Source: Escherichia coli phage phiS. From it: 64,000 bases of DNA. Below, in pieces: positions 18,411 through 28,118 of the stretch (positions are counted from its first letter, which is position 1; each line of letters starts with the position of its first letter). Location: sequence record PP449093.1; one strand, given 5' to 3'. A model generated the notes under the pieces. That model was not told the origin of the DNA. It worked only from the letters and a program-made list of their open reading frames with translations, and ran no database searches. The translations under genes and the position numbers were made by a program.

Positions 18411-19901
18411 TTAGAAAGTACCAAAATCAATTACCGCATTGAGCGGAACAGCGCCAACCTCATCAGGAGTTGGTTTATGTCCTTCGTGGTATAATTCAAA
18501 GGTATCGGTGTCCTGAGTATTGCCACGAGATTTAACGAAAATAATTTTAGAATCATGTGTGATTCCTAGTTTCTCGTGCGCTTTAATATCGCTAACACGA
18601 TGAATCATTGCTGTACCATTTAAGCTATTAAGTCCAGCGTAGCAATTATCACCATTATAGTTAGCTTCGGCTGTATGAACGCCGTTTGCAGCAGGAACCG
18701 TCAACGCACCTGTCATGGTATCGCCAGTCACATTAACATAGCGAGCATCAGCCAATTTACGGTGATCTACATAGTTCCATGCGGTCCACGAGTTACCGGA
18801 ACAAGAACGCCAGCAAACAGGATGATTAATTGATTCAGGGTAATAGACCTGAACAACTCGAACAGTACCAACCGCATCTTCCGGTCGATATACCATCAAA
18901 ACACCGTTATAATAGCTATCAGATGGTTTATTTTGTCCGGCTTCGGCATTCTCCACCCTGAACATACCGCGATTAATAAGGGTATTCCAATCAACATTTC
19001 CAATGATAGTTGGACTAGCTACCATTGCTTTTTTCTCAAAGTAGCTCAATCTAACCAGATCATTAGGTCCAGATGGATCGGTTGTCACAAGCATTTTGGG
19101 CGCTTGCAAATTACCTTCCATAATGTCACCAGCACGCTTAACTTGCGCGTCATTGGTGACATTACCCAATCCTACGTCGGCTTTAGTAGGCTTGTTGTTG
19201 GTATGATAAAAATTACCTTCACTACCGTTAACAAAAATTTTAGGCTCGTTCTTGCTACGAAATACTAAAGTATCAAGAACGTTTCCATAATAAATGTTTT
19301 CAGCATCGAAAGTAATAAAATCCCGATCCCTCGCAACCAGCTTAGAATCAACCGACAATTTAAAATTAACCGTGTTTAAATTATAAGTTCCGGTGATTGT
19401 ATCGCCTTGTCTGGAAACCAAATCCAAATCATTGTTTGTTGGCTTATTAACAGGACTATAGACGCGTTGACCAGTGTCTTTAATGGTTGTCCCTTCGATG
19501 GTCCCTTTAGTTTTAAAATCACCTGTGGTAGTGTCAATATAAGCCATGATAACATCATCACGAGCATTAACAAAACCAATAGATTTCCACGAATGCAGAC
19601 CCCAACTTACGCCATCAAAGTTAGCCGCATCACTATTTCCTTTAAAGATCCCGTTCTTTTTGGTTTCTCCACCGGATGCGCTACCTACGCTTAAACCTTC
19701 CTCAAAATGGACCTGCTTTTGAAATGTGCCACCGTCTTTAGCACTAACAGCATCAAAATCGGCAGCCGAAGGTTTATCAAAAGCGGTATAGATTTTATGA
19801 CCTTTGTAGAAAAGCTGATCCCCCGCTGGCTGGATCGTCAAGTTTCCTTGCGTCCAAATGGGAGATCCGCCTACAGTAGATCCATGTTTCAAATCTGCCA
19901 T
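18411..19901 (-). CDS. 36: long tail fibre distal connector gp36 (extended, 496 aa)
   Basis: N-terminus MADLKHGSTVGGSPIWTQGN resembles T4 gp36; position between gp35 and gp37. Confidence 0.8.
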   Translation of the reverse strand: MADLKHGSTVGGSPIWTQGNLTIQPAGDQLFYKGHKIYTAFDKPSAADFDAVSAKDGGTFQKQVHFEEGLSVGSASGGETKKNGIFKGNSDAANFDGVSWGLHSWKSIGFVNARDDVIMAYIDTTTGDFKTKGTIEGTTIKDTGQRVYSPVNKPTNNDLDLVSRQGDTITGTYNLNTVNFKLSVDSKLVARDRDFITFDAENIYYGNVLDTLVFRSKNEPKIFVNGSEGNFYHTNNKPTKADVGLGNVTNDAQVKRAGDIMEGNLQAPKMLVTTDPSGPNDLVRLSYFEKKAMVASPTIIGNVDWNTLINRGMFRVENAEAGQNKPSDSYYNGVLMVYRPEDAVGTVRVVQVYYPESINHPVCWRSCSGNSWTAWNYVDHRKLADARYVNVTGDTMTGALTVPAANGVHTAEANYNGDNCYAGLNSLNGTAMIHRVSDIKAHEKLGITHDSKIIFVKSRGNTQDTDTFELYHEGHKPTPDEVGAVPLNAVIDFGTF

Positions 19902-19934
19902 AAAGTAACCTCAAAAATTAGTTATAGTTCCGAG

Positions 19935-19942
19935 TATTTATA
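19935..19942 (-). promoter_or_regulatory. T4-type late promoter TATAAATA upstream of gp36
   Basis: Plus-strand TATTTATA = minus-strand TATAAATA, about 34 nt upstream of the gp36 ATG. Confidence 0.5.
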
Positions 19943-20059
19943 GAATGTTAACAAAATATCGCTTCGCGACGTGCCGTAGGCACTGACTATTTTTTAACCG
20001 AAACAAATTTTCTATTATTCTAAAGATCTTTCTTCGTTTTGGTTATGTTTTAACCAACT

Positions 20060-20093
20060 GTATAAAAATAAAGCCGACCACGAGGATCGGCTT
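20060..20093 (-). terminator. rho-independent terminator downstream of gp35 (minus strand)
   Basis: Reverse complement of the 9347 terminator (AAGCCGAYC..GRTCGGCTT) followed by a T-rich run on the minus strand. Confidence 0.55.
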
Positions 20094-20103
20094 GTTAAAA
20101 ATG

Positions 20104-21243
20104 TTAATCAACATCGAACTCTTTAAAGTTGTTGGATGTGATGTGTTTATTATCTCTAGGCAGTTTAAGAAGACTCATTACAGGGTTAGTAAAATCACCG
20201 TTATCCTGAATGTGAGTTGTTCTAACACCATTAACACCAAATGAAGTAGGACCAGTAGTTTTGACTACTCCACTGATCGGCGTTATTAGTATGTTTCTAA
20301 TTTTAACAATACCTTCATTTGAGTTGGTTGGATATCTGATACAACCAGTGGCAACACTATCAACTCCTTCAGGTACGGTATAGACGGCTTCAAACTTTTC
20401 CCATTGATCTTTCTGGCTGGCATTATAACGAACGCCAGTTTGATATTGTCCATCAGTGAAGTAGTTGTGATAGAAACGCGCTGTTACGTTGGCTGCGGCT
20501 GCGGCACTATCACGGAACAATTCAAAGGATATTGATAGTTTGTCACCTGCCTTTATGTTAAAATATTCAAGTGGTGCGCTGATCTCATCATGAGGCCATT
20601 GTATTAGCTCGAAATGTTCGGCATCTTCGCTAACATATTCAACCGGATTATCTAAAAATCGTTGTGGTGTTCCTGTTATTGCAAGATCGTCTATAGTATC
20701 ATAAACTTTCTCGATCTGTATAGACGAATCTTGACCTTCCCCGTTCGTTGCTTGCATCCCTTCGCACACAATTTTGCCCATTTTAGTAGAATAAATTGCT
20801 GCATAGGATACACGAGGCATTTGCTGTAACAAAATGTGATTCGGGAATGATACAGATCCCAGCTTAGAAAATATATCATCACTTATCGGATCTGCAAACA
20901 ATTCTCCATGCGTTGCCATCGCAATGATATAGTCACCTTTCAGCAAATAAAGATAATCACGCATTGCCAATACAGCACCACGACCATAGAATACCTTTTC
21001 TTCGTGCAATTGTCCAGTTGGAGTAAGAACTTTAAAGTTTAGGCCAGTCTCATAGCCAGCGCCAACGATCTCCACTCCATTAAATCTAATTCTTGCTGGT
21101 TTGGTAGAATCCGCATTAGATCCGCGCACTTCCAGCTTATACATCACAGAGTTGTTTTCTGAAATGCTTGTAAATGTCGCGGAGTCTTCGTCGAAATGCG
21201 CAAACTTAATTCCAGTATTGCGTAATTCTATCTCTTGTGTCAT
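20104..21243 (-). CDS. 35: long tail fibre hinge protein gp35
   Basis: 379-aa ORF between gp34 and gp36; size and position as T4 gp35 (372 aa). Confidence 0.7.
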   Translation of the reverse strand: MTQEIELRNTGIKFAHFDEDSATFTSISENNSVMYKLEVRGSNADSTKPARIRFNGVEIVGAGYETGLNFKVLTPTGQLHEEKVFYGRGAVLAMRDYLYLLKGDYIIAMATHGELFADPISDDIFSKLGSVSFPNHILLQQMPRVSYAAIYSTKMGKIVCEGMQATNGEGQDSSIQIEKVYDTIDDLAITGTPQRFLDNPVEYVSEDAEHFELIQWPHDEISAPLEYFNIKAGDKLSISFELFRDSAAAAANVTARFYHNYFTDGQYQTGVRYNASQKDQWEKFEAVYTVPEGVDSVATGCIRYPTNSNEGIVKIRNILITPISGVVKTTGPTSFGVNGVRTTHIQDNGDFTNPVMSLLKLPRDNKHITSNNFKEFDVD

Positions 21244-21276
21244 AATAACCCCATAGGGGGCTTTCGCCCCCTTTAA

Positions 21277-24200
21277 TTAGTCTTCCCAGATAAAATCTAC
21301 GGTACGAGTCAGATTATTGGCAATAATTTTAACATTACCAACCTTGATCCAGTCACGAACCGTCATAGAGTTCATTAAACCACCTTCGGCAACCACTGCC
21401 CCGATTTCCTGAGCGGTAGGCTTGTTCTGTTTGGTGTAAATTTCGCCCCATGCGGTCCATTGACCATCTGTACCGGAACGGATATAATGCTTATGAGTAC
21501 CATCAGGCGACCAGATTTGGGTAAGGCCGTTTTCATCAGTACCCCATTGCATCAATGTACCATTTTTCTTTTCTGGGTAGGTTTCTTTGATGTTCTGGGT
21601 AGTAACTCGCATATTCCAGAAACCGATGTTACCGATTGCAGGAGCGGTTGCCGCGCTAGCTTCATGCTTAACAGAAACAATAGGCGCATTATCCATAGTC
21701 AGCTTACCGACCATTGTATCGCCAGCATTCTTAACAAACTGACGGTTAAGAACTTCGTCGGCGTTTCCTGCGTGTACGATCTGATATTTCTGTCCGGCGA
21801 TCTCTGTAGTTAACGTTTGATAACCTGCCTTGATGTTAACACTTCCACCGTGACCGATATTCAACATACCGTCTGGAGAGCGAGTCATTGCCGGATTGGA
21901 GTGGTCTACAATATATAAACCGCCTTGCTTCGCATACAGGTTACGACCTGCTATGAAGTCTCTATATGCTAACGCATCGCCGTCACGTTCCATAGCAAAG
22001 GCATAATGTTCAACAGATCCAGAATCGTCAATCTTACAGAAAGCGATAGCATCACTATTAACTGCTTGCGCCGTTCCAGTGCCACCAACGATAATAGACC
22101 ATGAGTTTTCCATACCTTCTGACAAGGTTGTGCCATGCAGAGTAATTCCGGTGTGACCGTCAACTCCACGCTCACCCAATACCAGATGACCATTACTCGG
22201 ATCGTCAGTCGAGTTCTTAGTCACAAACAGAGTTTCAAAGGAACCGGATTTTAAGCACTCTAAATCGCCCTTCACGTTAACGTTTTTATTAAACGTGTAA
22301 TTGCTCTCAATGGTCTGGTCAATGTCTCTACGCGCCCATTTAGCGGCCTCTACGTTACCCAATTTCAAACTATTCTGAGCGGTTGCCATTTTAGGTAAGA
22401 AATTAGCAAGTGCGTAGTTTAATCCTTTCGGAGTTACCGCAATCCCATCATGCTGATATTCATCAAGCTCTTGAGTAGAACCTTGCAGATTATCACCAAC
22501 AAAACAGTTTTCCTGAGTAGCAACTTTCAAGAATCCACGACGCGCTTCGGTTGCTTTCCATGTATCCTCTGTATGGACAACATATTTGAAATTCTTCGGA
22601 GAAATTGCTACATTGTCCAGTGCACCAGCGACGGTTTCGGCTTGAGTACCAACTCTGATAATACCTTCTTTACCTTCGGTGGCCTTTTTGCCTTGCAGCT
22701 TTTTAGGAGTAATGATCGTGGCGTCATCTTCTCCCACATCGGTAAGCTGACTAGTAGCAACTTTCGCGACACCTTTTGTATCTTCGGTTGCATCAAGACC
22801 GCTGATCGTGATACCTTGCCATAAATCACCCGTAAGGTTAAGCCCCTGATTCGGATCTACTCTCAAACGCTGTGCTTTCTCAAAGAAGGTTTTAATCTTC
22901 AATGGAGTAGAAATGCGAGCATCGTCACGACCTGCGTCAAATTCCGGCTGAGTTGCAATTTCTGCTAAACCATGTAAAGTTTCAGTTGCGCGGCGAGTAT
23001 GCAGCTTTTTAGGCGTGATGATATGGTTATCACTCTGGCCTAAGTTAGTTTCTTCCTGCGTAGCAATTTCAGCGATACCAGTACGCGATTCGGTAGCAGT
23101 ACGCTTGGTTAACGTGCGAGTAGTGATCAGCATTGCATCTTGCGGGGTTGCTTCTGTAGCCCCTTGCACTTCCGCGTCAGTTGCCAGATAACCAACACCA
23201 CGGGAAGTTTCGGTCGCCTTAACTTCGTTGATGTTTTGTGGTGTAACGATTTTAGCATGGTCATTGATGTTATAGACCCCTGTACCAGCTTCGCCACGTC
23301 GAGCGGCAGCACTACCACCCATCTGAACAATTTCAGCGATACCAGCAAGGTCTTCCGACGCGCGACGTTCCTCTAATTTCTTAGGGGTGATTGCGCGTGT
23401 ATCGTCTAAACCTACGTTGGTTTCTTCCTGAGTTGCAATCTCCAACACGCCTCGATGTTCTTCGGAAGCAACACACGCATTTAGTTTTTTAGGAGTTACG
23501 ATCACATCATCAAGAAAATTTGCCCCTGTATGTTGGTGCGTTTCTTCTTGAGTAGCGATTCTAGCAATACCTCGACGCGTTTCGTTTGCAGTCTTATTGG
23601 CAAGCATTTTTGGCGTTACTGCAACTTCGTCGCTAGGATTATCTTCATGGTTTTTGTTGGTTTCGTCCTGTGTTGCAAGCGCAATAACACCAACACGCTC
23701 TTTACGAGTCGGATCTACTCGTTCTACGATCGGGTGAGCATGTGCTACCAACCAGTGTTTCTTACCATCATCACCTTCTGAATAAGAGAACTCCAGATAA
23801 GGTACATAATCATTTGCAGCGTTGAAAGACAATTCAGACACTTCCTTCCATGTATCGGTCCCATTGAACGGGTACTCGCTACGCTTAGGAAACTGAACCA
23901 TGTTTTTCTGCATAAGGATTTTTGTATCCTCTTCTGCGGTAACGATTCGGCAATTCTGGTTTCCGTGCATATACTGCATAGAAATTTGGATACGATCACC
24001 ATGCTCGACGCTGGTCGGTAAAGTCAAGGTAACATCACGATCACCAAATACTGCAACATAGCTATTGGGGGACAAGCGAGTATCACTAATGATAGGATTC
24101 AAGCGAACAGACTGATCACCATCCCACAAACGCCATAAGTTTTCCGGTTTGTCAAATATGAATACACCATGACCGCTACGCTTACCAACAATTTCTTTTA

Positions 24201-25017
24201 CCCCGAAAGTACCGATCGATTGTTCTTGCGCACCTTCATGCACTTTTACCGTAACATGGTTGGTTGCAGTCAATCCGTCAAGATCGGTAGTCTGGATCAT
24301 ATCACCGTTATTAGCAAACTTAGGAAGCATCAAAACAATGTTACCCAAAGAACTACGGCGGAATACCTGATCACCGTTTTGCATCTGGATCGGGTCGATA
24401 GATGGTTGTGCATATACCCCGCGTGGCTCCGTTCCCGTCTGGTAAACGTGCCAGCGATTGCGAACAAAAATGAAGTAGTTCATTGCATAAGGGGTAGTAC
24501 AGTACCATTTGCGGTTGTTTACCACACCATTATGATAGAACTCATGACCAACCGAAAGGAACGATAACTCATTAACACCGCACTTGCCACCGATATCTTT
24601 TACTGTTATAGTGTCGCCCTCTACCGGATTTGTAGGCATTGAGAATGTCAAGTTTGCAAACTGACAGTCCGCTGCGATATAATCACCGGACTTTAAAGGA
24701 GTATCGCCGGAAGTTGCTGCAACATAATCCCAACGTGGGTCCGTGCGCAGTGCTTGCCATTTAGTCGGGTCAAAATCACCTGCTGGTTTTGTGATATCTT
24801 CTTTTGCATAATACGGACGGTTTTGATAGATTGTAGTGCCGTATTGATCATAACCGCGAGTTGCGTCATACTGAGTAATACCATTATGGTAATTGAAAAA
24901 TTCAACGTTGACCGCATCGGTGTTGACATTCTTATCAGCCAATGCTACATTGACGACCTTTTCATTACCAGCGTCAAAGCCAAATGTGGCCTTGAAATGT
25001 TGAGAAAAATCTGCCAT
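21277..25017 (-). CDS. 34: long tail fibre proximal subunit gp34
   Basis: 1246 aa; N-terminus and internal repeats (..IATQ.E.N.G.DDT..ITPKKL..R.ATE..) resemble T4 gp34. Confidence 0.9.
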   Translation of the reverse strand: MADFSQHFKATFGFDAGNEKVVNVALADKNVNTDAVNVEFFNYHNGITQYDATRGYDQYGTTIYQNRPYYAKEDITKPAGDFDPTKWQALRTDPRWDYVAATSGDTPLKSGDYIAADCQFANLTFSMPTNPVEGDTITVKDIGGKCGVNELSFLSVGHEFYHNGVVNNRKWYCTTPYAMNYFIFVRNRWHVYQTGTEPRGVYAQPSIDPIQMQNGDQVFRRSSLGNIVLMLPKFANNGDMIQTTDLDGLTATNHVTVKVHEGAQEQSIGTFGVKEIVGKRSGHGVFIFDKPENLWRLWDGDQSVRLNPIISDTRLSPNSYVAVFGDRDVTLTLPTSVEHGDRIQISMQYMHGNQNCRIVTAEEDTKILMQKNMVQFPKRSEYPFNGTDTWKEVSELSFNAANDYVPYLEFSYSEGDDGKKHWLVAHAHPIVERVDPTRKERVGVIALATQDETNKNHEDNPSDEVAVTPKMLANKTANETRRGIARIATQEETHQHTGANFLDDVIVTPKKLNACVASEEHRGVLEIATQEETNVGLDDTRAITPKKLEERRASEDLAGIAEIVQMGGSAAARRGEAGTGVYNINDHAKIVTPQNINEVKATETSRGVGYLATDAEVQGATEATPQDAMLITTRTLTKRTATESRTGIAEIATQEETNLGQSDNHIITPKKLHTRRATETLHGLAEIATQPEFDAGRDDARISTPLKIKTFFEKAQRLRVDPNQGLNLTGDLWQGITISGLDATEDTKGVAKVATSQLTDVGEDDATIITPKKLQGKKATEGKEGIIRVGTQAETVAGALDNVAISPKNFKYVVHTEDTWKATEARRGFLKVATQENCFVGDNLQGSTQELDEYQHDGIAVTPKGLNYALANFLPKMATAQNSLKLGNVEAAKWARRDIDQTIESNYTFNKNVNVKGDLECLKSGSFETLFVTKNSTDDPSNGHLVLGERGVDGHTGITLHGTTLSEGMENSWSIIVGGTGTAQAVNSDAIAFCKIDDSGSVEHYAFAMERDGDALAYRDFIAGRNLYAKQGGLYIVDHSNPAMTRSPDGMLNIGHGGSVNIKAGYQTLTTEIAGQKYQIVHAGNADEVLNRQFVKNAGDTMVGKLTMDNAPIVSVKHEASAATAPAIGNIGFWNMRVTTQNIKETYPEKKNGTLMQWGTDENGLTQIWSPDGTHKHYIRSGTDGQWTAWGEIYTKQNKPTAQEIGAVVAEGGLMNSMTVRDWIKVGNVKIIANNLTRTVDFIWED

Positions 25018-25045
25018 TATTGGGTCTCCTTTTATAGTATGTTCA

Positions 25046-25053
25046 TATTTATA
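25046..25053 (-). promoter_or_regulatory. T4-type late promoter TATAAATA upstream of gp34
   Basis: Minus-strand TATAAATA about 28 nt upstream of the gp34 ATG; AGGAG SD in between. Confidence 0.55.
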
Positions 25054-25091
25054 AAATAAGGCTTGATAGAAACAAAAGAGGATGATATATT

Positions 25092-25277
25092 ATGGTTAAA
25101 TTTGATTTGTCAGATGGTGCAAAATGGGTAGTTGACAGAATCCCTGATAAGGATTACAATTATTTCCGTGCCGAATTAAACAATGCAATTCTGCGAGTTA
25201 TGGAGAAATACGGGTATGATCGTGAAGTATCTAACTCGTTTGGCGAATATGTTGTTGTGAGAGTGGAGAGAACTTAA
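25092..25277 (+). CDS. hypothetical protein (61 aa)
   Basis: ORF with AGAGGA SD. Confidence 0.5.
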   Translation: MVKFDLSDGAKWVVDRIPDKDYNYFRAELNNAILRVMEKYGYDREVSNSFGEYVVVRVERT

Positions 25278-25279
25278 TT

Positions 25280-26227
25280 ATGACGTATAACCCGTTTACA
25301 AAAACTACCGCTACACTTAATGATTTCTTCGATGATCCAGAAGATAAACTACCGGAAGGTGTGCATTTGATTGATATGTCACAGCTTATGATTGCTACTA
25401 TCTCTCATACATTTAAACCGGAAGATCCTATTAATGAAGGCATGATCCGTCATCTTATTCTTGACACCATGCGTTATAATATGACAAAATTCAAAGAGCA
25501 ATACCCAATAACGGTACTTGCATTCGATTCAAGCAAAGGTTACTGGCGACGTGATATCGCCCCTTACTATAAACGCAACCGTAAGGAAAAACGAGACGCA
25601 GATCCGCGTGATTGGGAGATGATCTTTGCTGCGATCAATAAGATCACCGAAGAGTTTAAAGAGAACATGCCTTATCACGTTATTAAGGTTGACAAAGTTG
25701 AGGCAGATGATATAATCGCTGTGTTAACTAAAAAGTTTTCTGTAGAAGGTCGTCAGGTGCTAATCAACTCCGGCGATGGTGACTACACACAGTTACACAA
25801 ATACAAAAATGTGAAACAGTGGGCGCCAGTACAGAAAGCATGGAAGAAATGCAAATATGGTAGCCCTTACAAAGACCTTATGGTAAAATGTGTTAAGGGT
25901 GACGCAAAAGACGGTGTGGCTTCTGTCAAGTGTCGTAGTGATTTCATTATCTCTCGACTGGAAGGGGAACGAGCTAAACCAATTGCAACCAAATGGTTAG
26001 AGCAAATTTTCGATGCCGAAGATCCAAAGTCTTTGATGACAGAGGAAGAAGCACGACGTTTTGACGAAAACCGCGAACTTATTGATTTCGATTACATCCC
26101 AGACAATATTCAGAATCAGATTCTGGAGTCATGGGAAAAATCTAAACCAGCACCACGCGGTAAAATTTATAACTATTTTGTAACAAATGCGTTAGTTAAA
26201 ATGTTGCAGAAAATTGGTGAGTTCTAA
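25280..26227 (+). CDS. rnh: RNase H (5 prime-3 prime exonuclease, FEN-1 family)
   Basis: Strong resemblance to T4 RNase H (GYWRRD, YKKNRK, DKVEADDIIAVLTKKFS, GDGDYTQLHKY.NVKQW, GKIYNYFV). Confidence 0.9.
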   Translation: MTYNPFTKTTATLNDFFDDPEDKLPEGVHLIDMSQLMIATISHTFKPEDPINEGMIRHLILDTMRYNMTKFKEQYPITVLAFDSSKGYWRRDIAPYYKRNRKEKRDADPRDWEMIFAAINKITEEFKENMPYHVIKVDKVEADDIIAVLTKKFSVEGRQVLINSGDGDYTQLHKYKNVKQWAPVQKAWKKCKYGSPYKDLMVKCVKGDAKDGVASVKCRSDFIISRLEGERAKPIATKWLEQIFDAEDPKSLMTEEEARRFDENRELIDFDYIPDNIQNQILESWEKSKPAPRGKIYNYFVTNALVKMLQKIGEF

Positions 26228-26237
26228 GGGTTGACAT

Positions 26238-26834
26238 ATGAAAGAACTTGAATTAAAATACTATGCACACTCACAAATTGGCGTCGAAACCATCTGTGAT
26301 TTGTGGGTAGCAATGTATGACGGGTACAATCTCGTAGACCGAGATAACATTCTAAAACACGAATTTTATTATGATACCGAAGATCATGCACTGCGTCGAA
26401 AAGGAATTTATGCTCGACTTGACGTTAATAGATCATTGATCATGGTCAAAATAGGTGATGGTGAATCTGGACCATTCAACCGAGAAGAAATTACTTTTTC
26501 AACAATGGATGATTTCTATCATTATGTTGATAGTCTGGGTGTTAACTCCGACCTTATCGTTCCTTTACTGCAAGTAAAGACATATCGCAAGTCATTGACA
26601 CTTGACCTTGAGGGTGCTATAGTGGAAATGTGCAAAGACACTTTCTATTATTGCATAGTCGGCGAAAGAATGGGAGAGGCTCACTATGAACTTGAGTTCG
26701 AGTTAAAATCAGGTGATGAAAAAGCACTTGGCATTATCCGAGAAATGATGCTAGAATATGTGGGTGACGATTTAAGTCCTAGCGAAATCTCAAAAGCTGA
26801 ACGTGGTTTTCAATTAATGACGAAAGAGGGTTAA
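26238..26834 (+). CDS. CYTH-like (triphosphate tunnel metalloenzyme / class IV adenylate cyclase-like) protein
   Basis: N-terminal ELELK (ExExK signature); conserved Arg/Lys/Glu pattern; C-terminal HYELEFELK strand; no T4 counterpart recalled at this locus. Confidence 0.5.
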   Translation: MKELELKYYAHSQIGVETICDLWVAMYDGYNLVDRDNILKHEFYYDTEDHALRRKGIYARLDVNRSLIMVKIGDGESGPFNREEITFSTMDDFYHYVDSLGVNSDLIVPLLQVKTYRKSLTLDLEGAIVEMCKDTFYYCIVGERMGEAHYELEFELKSGDEKALGIIREMMLEYVGDDLSPSEISKAERGFQLMTKEG

Positions 26835-26839
26835 ATATT

Positions 26840-27115
26840 ATGACTGAACAGAAAAAAGAAAAAGTAGTATTCGATGAAAATGTACACGGAAATACCCTGG
26901 CACAACTGATTAAAGAAGCCAGCGATCAGAAAACCATTCAAGAAGCATATGGCGATAAGATCAAAGAGATCAAACAGCGTGCTAAAGAAGAATTAGGCGT
27001 AGATGGTAAAATGTGGGGCATTCTGTTTAAACTGTATCACCAGCAACAGCGCGAAACCTTCGAAGCAGAACGCGATGAAGCAGTAGAACTCTATGATCGG
27101 GTGTTCAATGCTTAA
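26840..27115 (+). CDS. dsbA: double-stranded DNA-binding protein DsbA (late transcription)
   Basis: 91 aa; resembles T4 DsbA (DE..HG..LA..IKEASD, ELGVDGKM, FEAE..E.VELYD.VF). Confidence 0.8.
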   Translation: MTEQKKEKVVFDENVHGNTLAQLIKEASDQKTIQEAYGDKIKEIKQRAKEELGVDGKMWGILFKLYHQQQRETFEAERDEAVELYDRVFNA

Positions 27116-27362
27116 TGAACATGCGGTAAAAGCCGCGAACAAAACAGCAAACGGTCTTGCAATCGAAAAACTGGTTGTTGAAGAGGGATTGACTTATCTT
27201 GAAGCGACCACTCAGTTTGTAGAGGAAAACTCTATAGAATATGGTCACTATCAGAAGTATATTCCGGTGTCCATTATTGACAAGATCACACAAGAATGTA
27301 TAGTAAATAGAACACTCAGGAAGGGAGTGATCGACGAACCGACCAACACTCTCGATATTTAA
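27108..27362 (+). CDS. 33: late transcription co-activator gp33
   Basis: IEKLVVEEGLTYLEATTQFVEENSI resembles T4 gp33; start ATG uncertain (27093, 27108 or 27114). Confidence 0.7.
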   Translation: MLNEHAVKAANKTANGLAIEKLVVEEGLTYLEATTQFVEENSIEYGHYQKYIPVSIIDKITQECIVNRTLRKGVIDEPTNTLDI

Positions 27363-27371
27363 GGGGTATGT

Positions 27372-28052
27372 ATGATCAGAAACCGTCTTCCTCCAGATCC
27401 AGATATGCGAATTAATGCTAAATCTGTGTATATGTTATATTGCATGATGAAAGCTCATATGAACGGGCGTTATGATTGCGTAAAATATAATTGGAGGATG
27501 CGGTTATCTGATGCCGCATTCAATAAACGCAGAGATAAGTATTATTTCGCGAAATTAGCGGAAAAATACAATCTAAGAGAATTATACTTTCTATTCCTAA
27601 GCAATCTGGTAGCCAATACCGATGCATGGGTAGGTGAAATCACTGATGTTGACGCATACGGCTTTTATATGGAATACATAGGAAAGATAACCGATGCAGC
27701 AACACGATTTGACGATGACATTAAAAGTCTGGTATACTTCTCCGAGAAACGCGGGGTTACTCTTAAAGAGCTAATTACATACAATCCCGCAACCGAAACT
27801 AGCGGTATCTTTAAACTACTGCAAAATCGGATTATATCGTTTGAGTCGTTTATGTTGTTAGATAGCTTTCTAAATATAATCGACGAACACGACAAGGTAG
27901 CCAAAGACTTGATTTGGCAAACTTATAGTGTTAAAATGAAGGCGTACAAGAAACTACTTGTTATTGACGCCGCAAAAGCAAGAGCATTATTTGTTAAAGT
28001 AGTTAAAGAGTGTAAAGAAATATCTCAATTAAAAGCCGAAACAAATAGTTGA
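27372..28052 (+). CDS. 59: helicase loader / gp41 assembly protein gp59
   Basis: Resembles T4 gp59 (KSVY.LY.M.K.HMNG.YD..KYNW.MR.SDAA..KRRDKY.F.KL.EKY, FLSNLVAN.DAW.G.I.D.DA). Confidence 0.9.
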   Translation: MIRNRLPPDPDMRINAKSVYMLYCMMKAHMNGRYDCVKYNWRMRLSDAAFNKRRDKYYFAKLAEKYNLRELYFLFLSNLVANTDAWVGEITDVDAYGFYMEYIGKITDAATRFDDDIKSLVYFSEKRGVTLKELITYNPATETSGIFKLLQNRIISFESFMLLDSFLNIIDEHDKVAKDLIWQTYSVKMKAYKKLLVIDAAKARALFVKVVKECKEISQLKAETNS

Positions 28053-28076
28053 CAAGTAAACTTAAATCTGTATAAT
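28049..28076 (+). promoter_or_regulatory. sigma70-like promoter upstream of gene 32
   Basis: TTGACA, 16 nt spacer, TATAAT. Confidence 0.55.
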
Positions 28077-28118
28077 AGTCTAGCAAATTAATAGTTAATG
28101 TATAAAAGAGGTATAATT

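Noticed and set aside
26226-26237. TTGACA immediately before the CYTH-like ORF start
   Set aside because: Directly abuts the ATG with no spacer or -10; coincidental hexamer.
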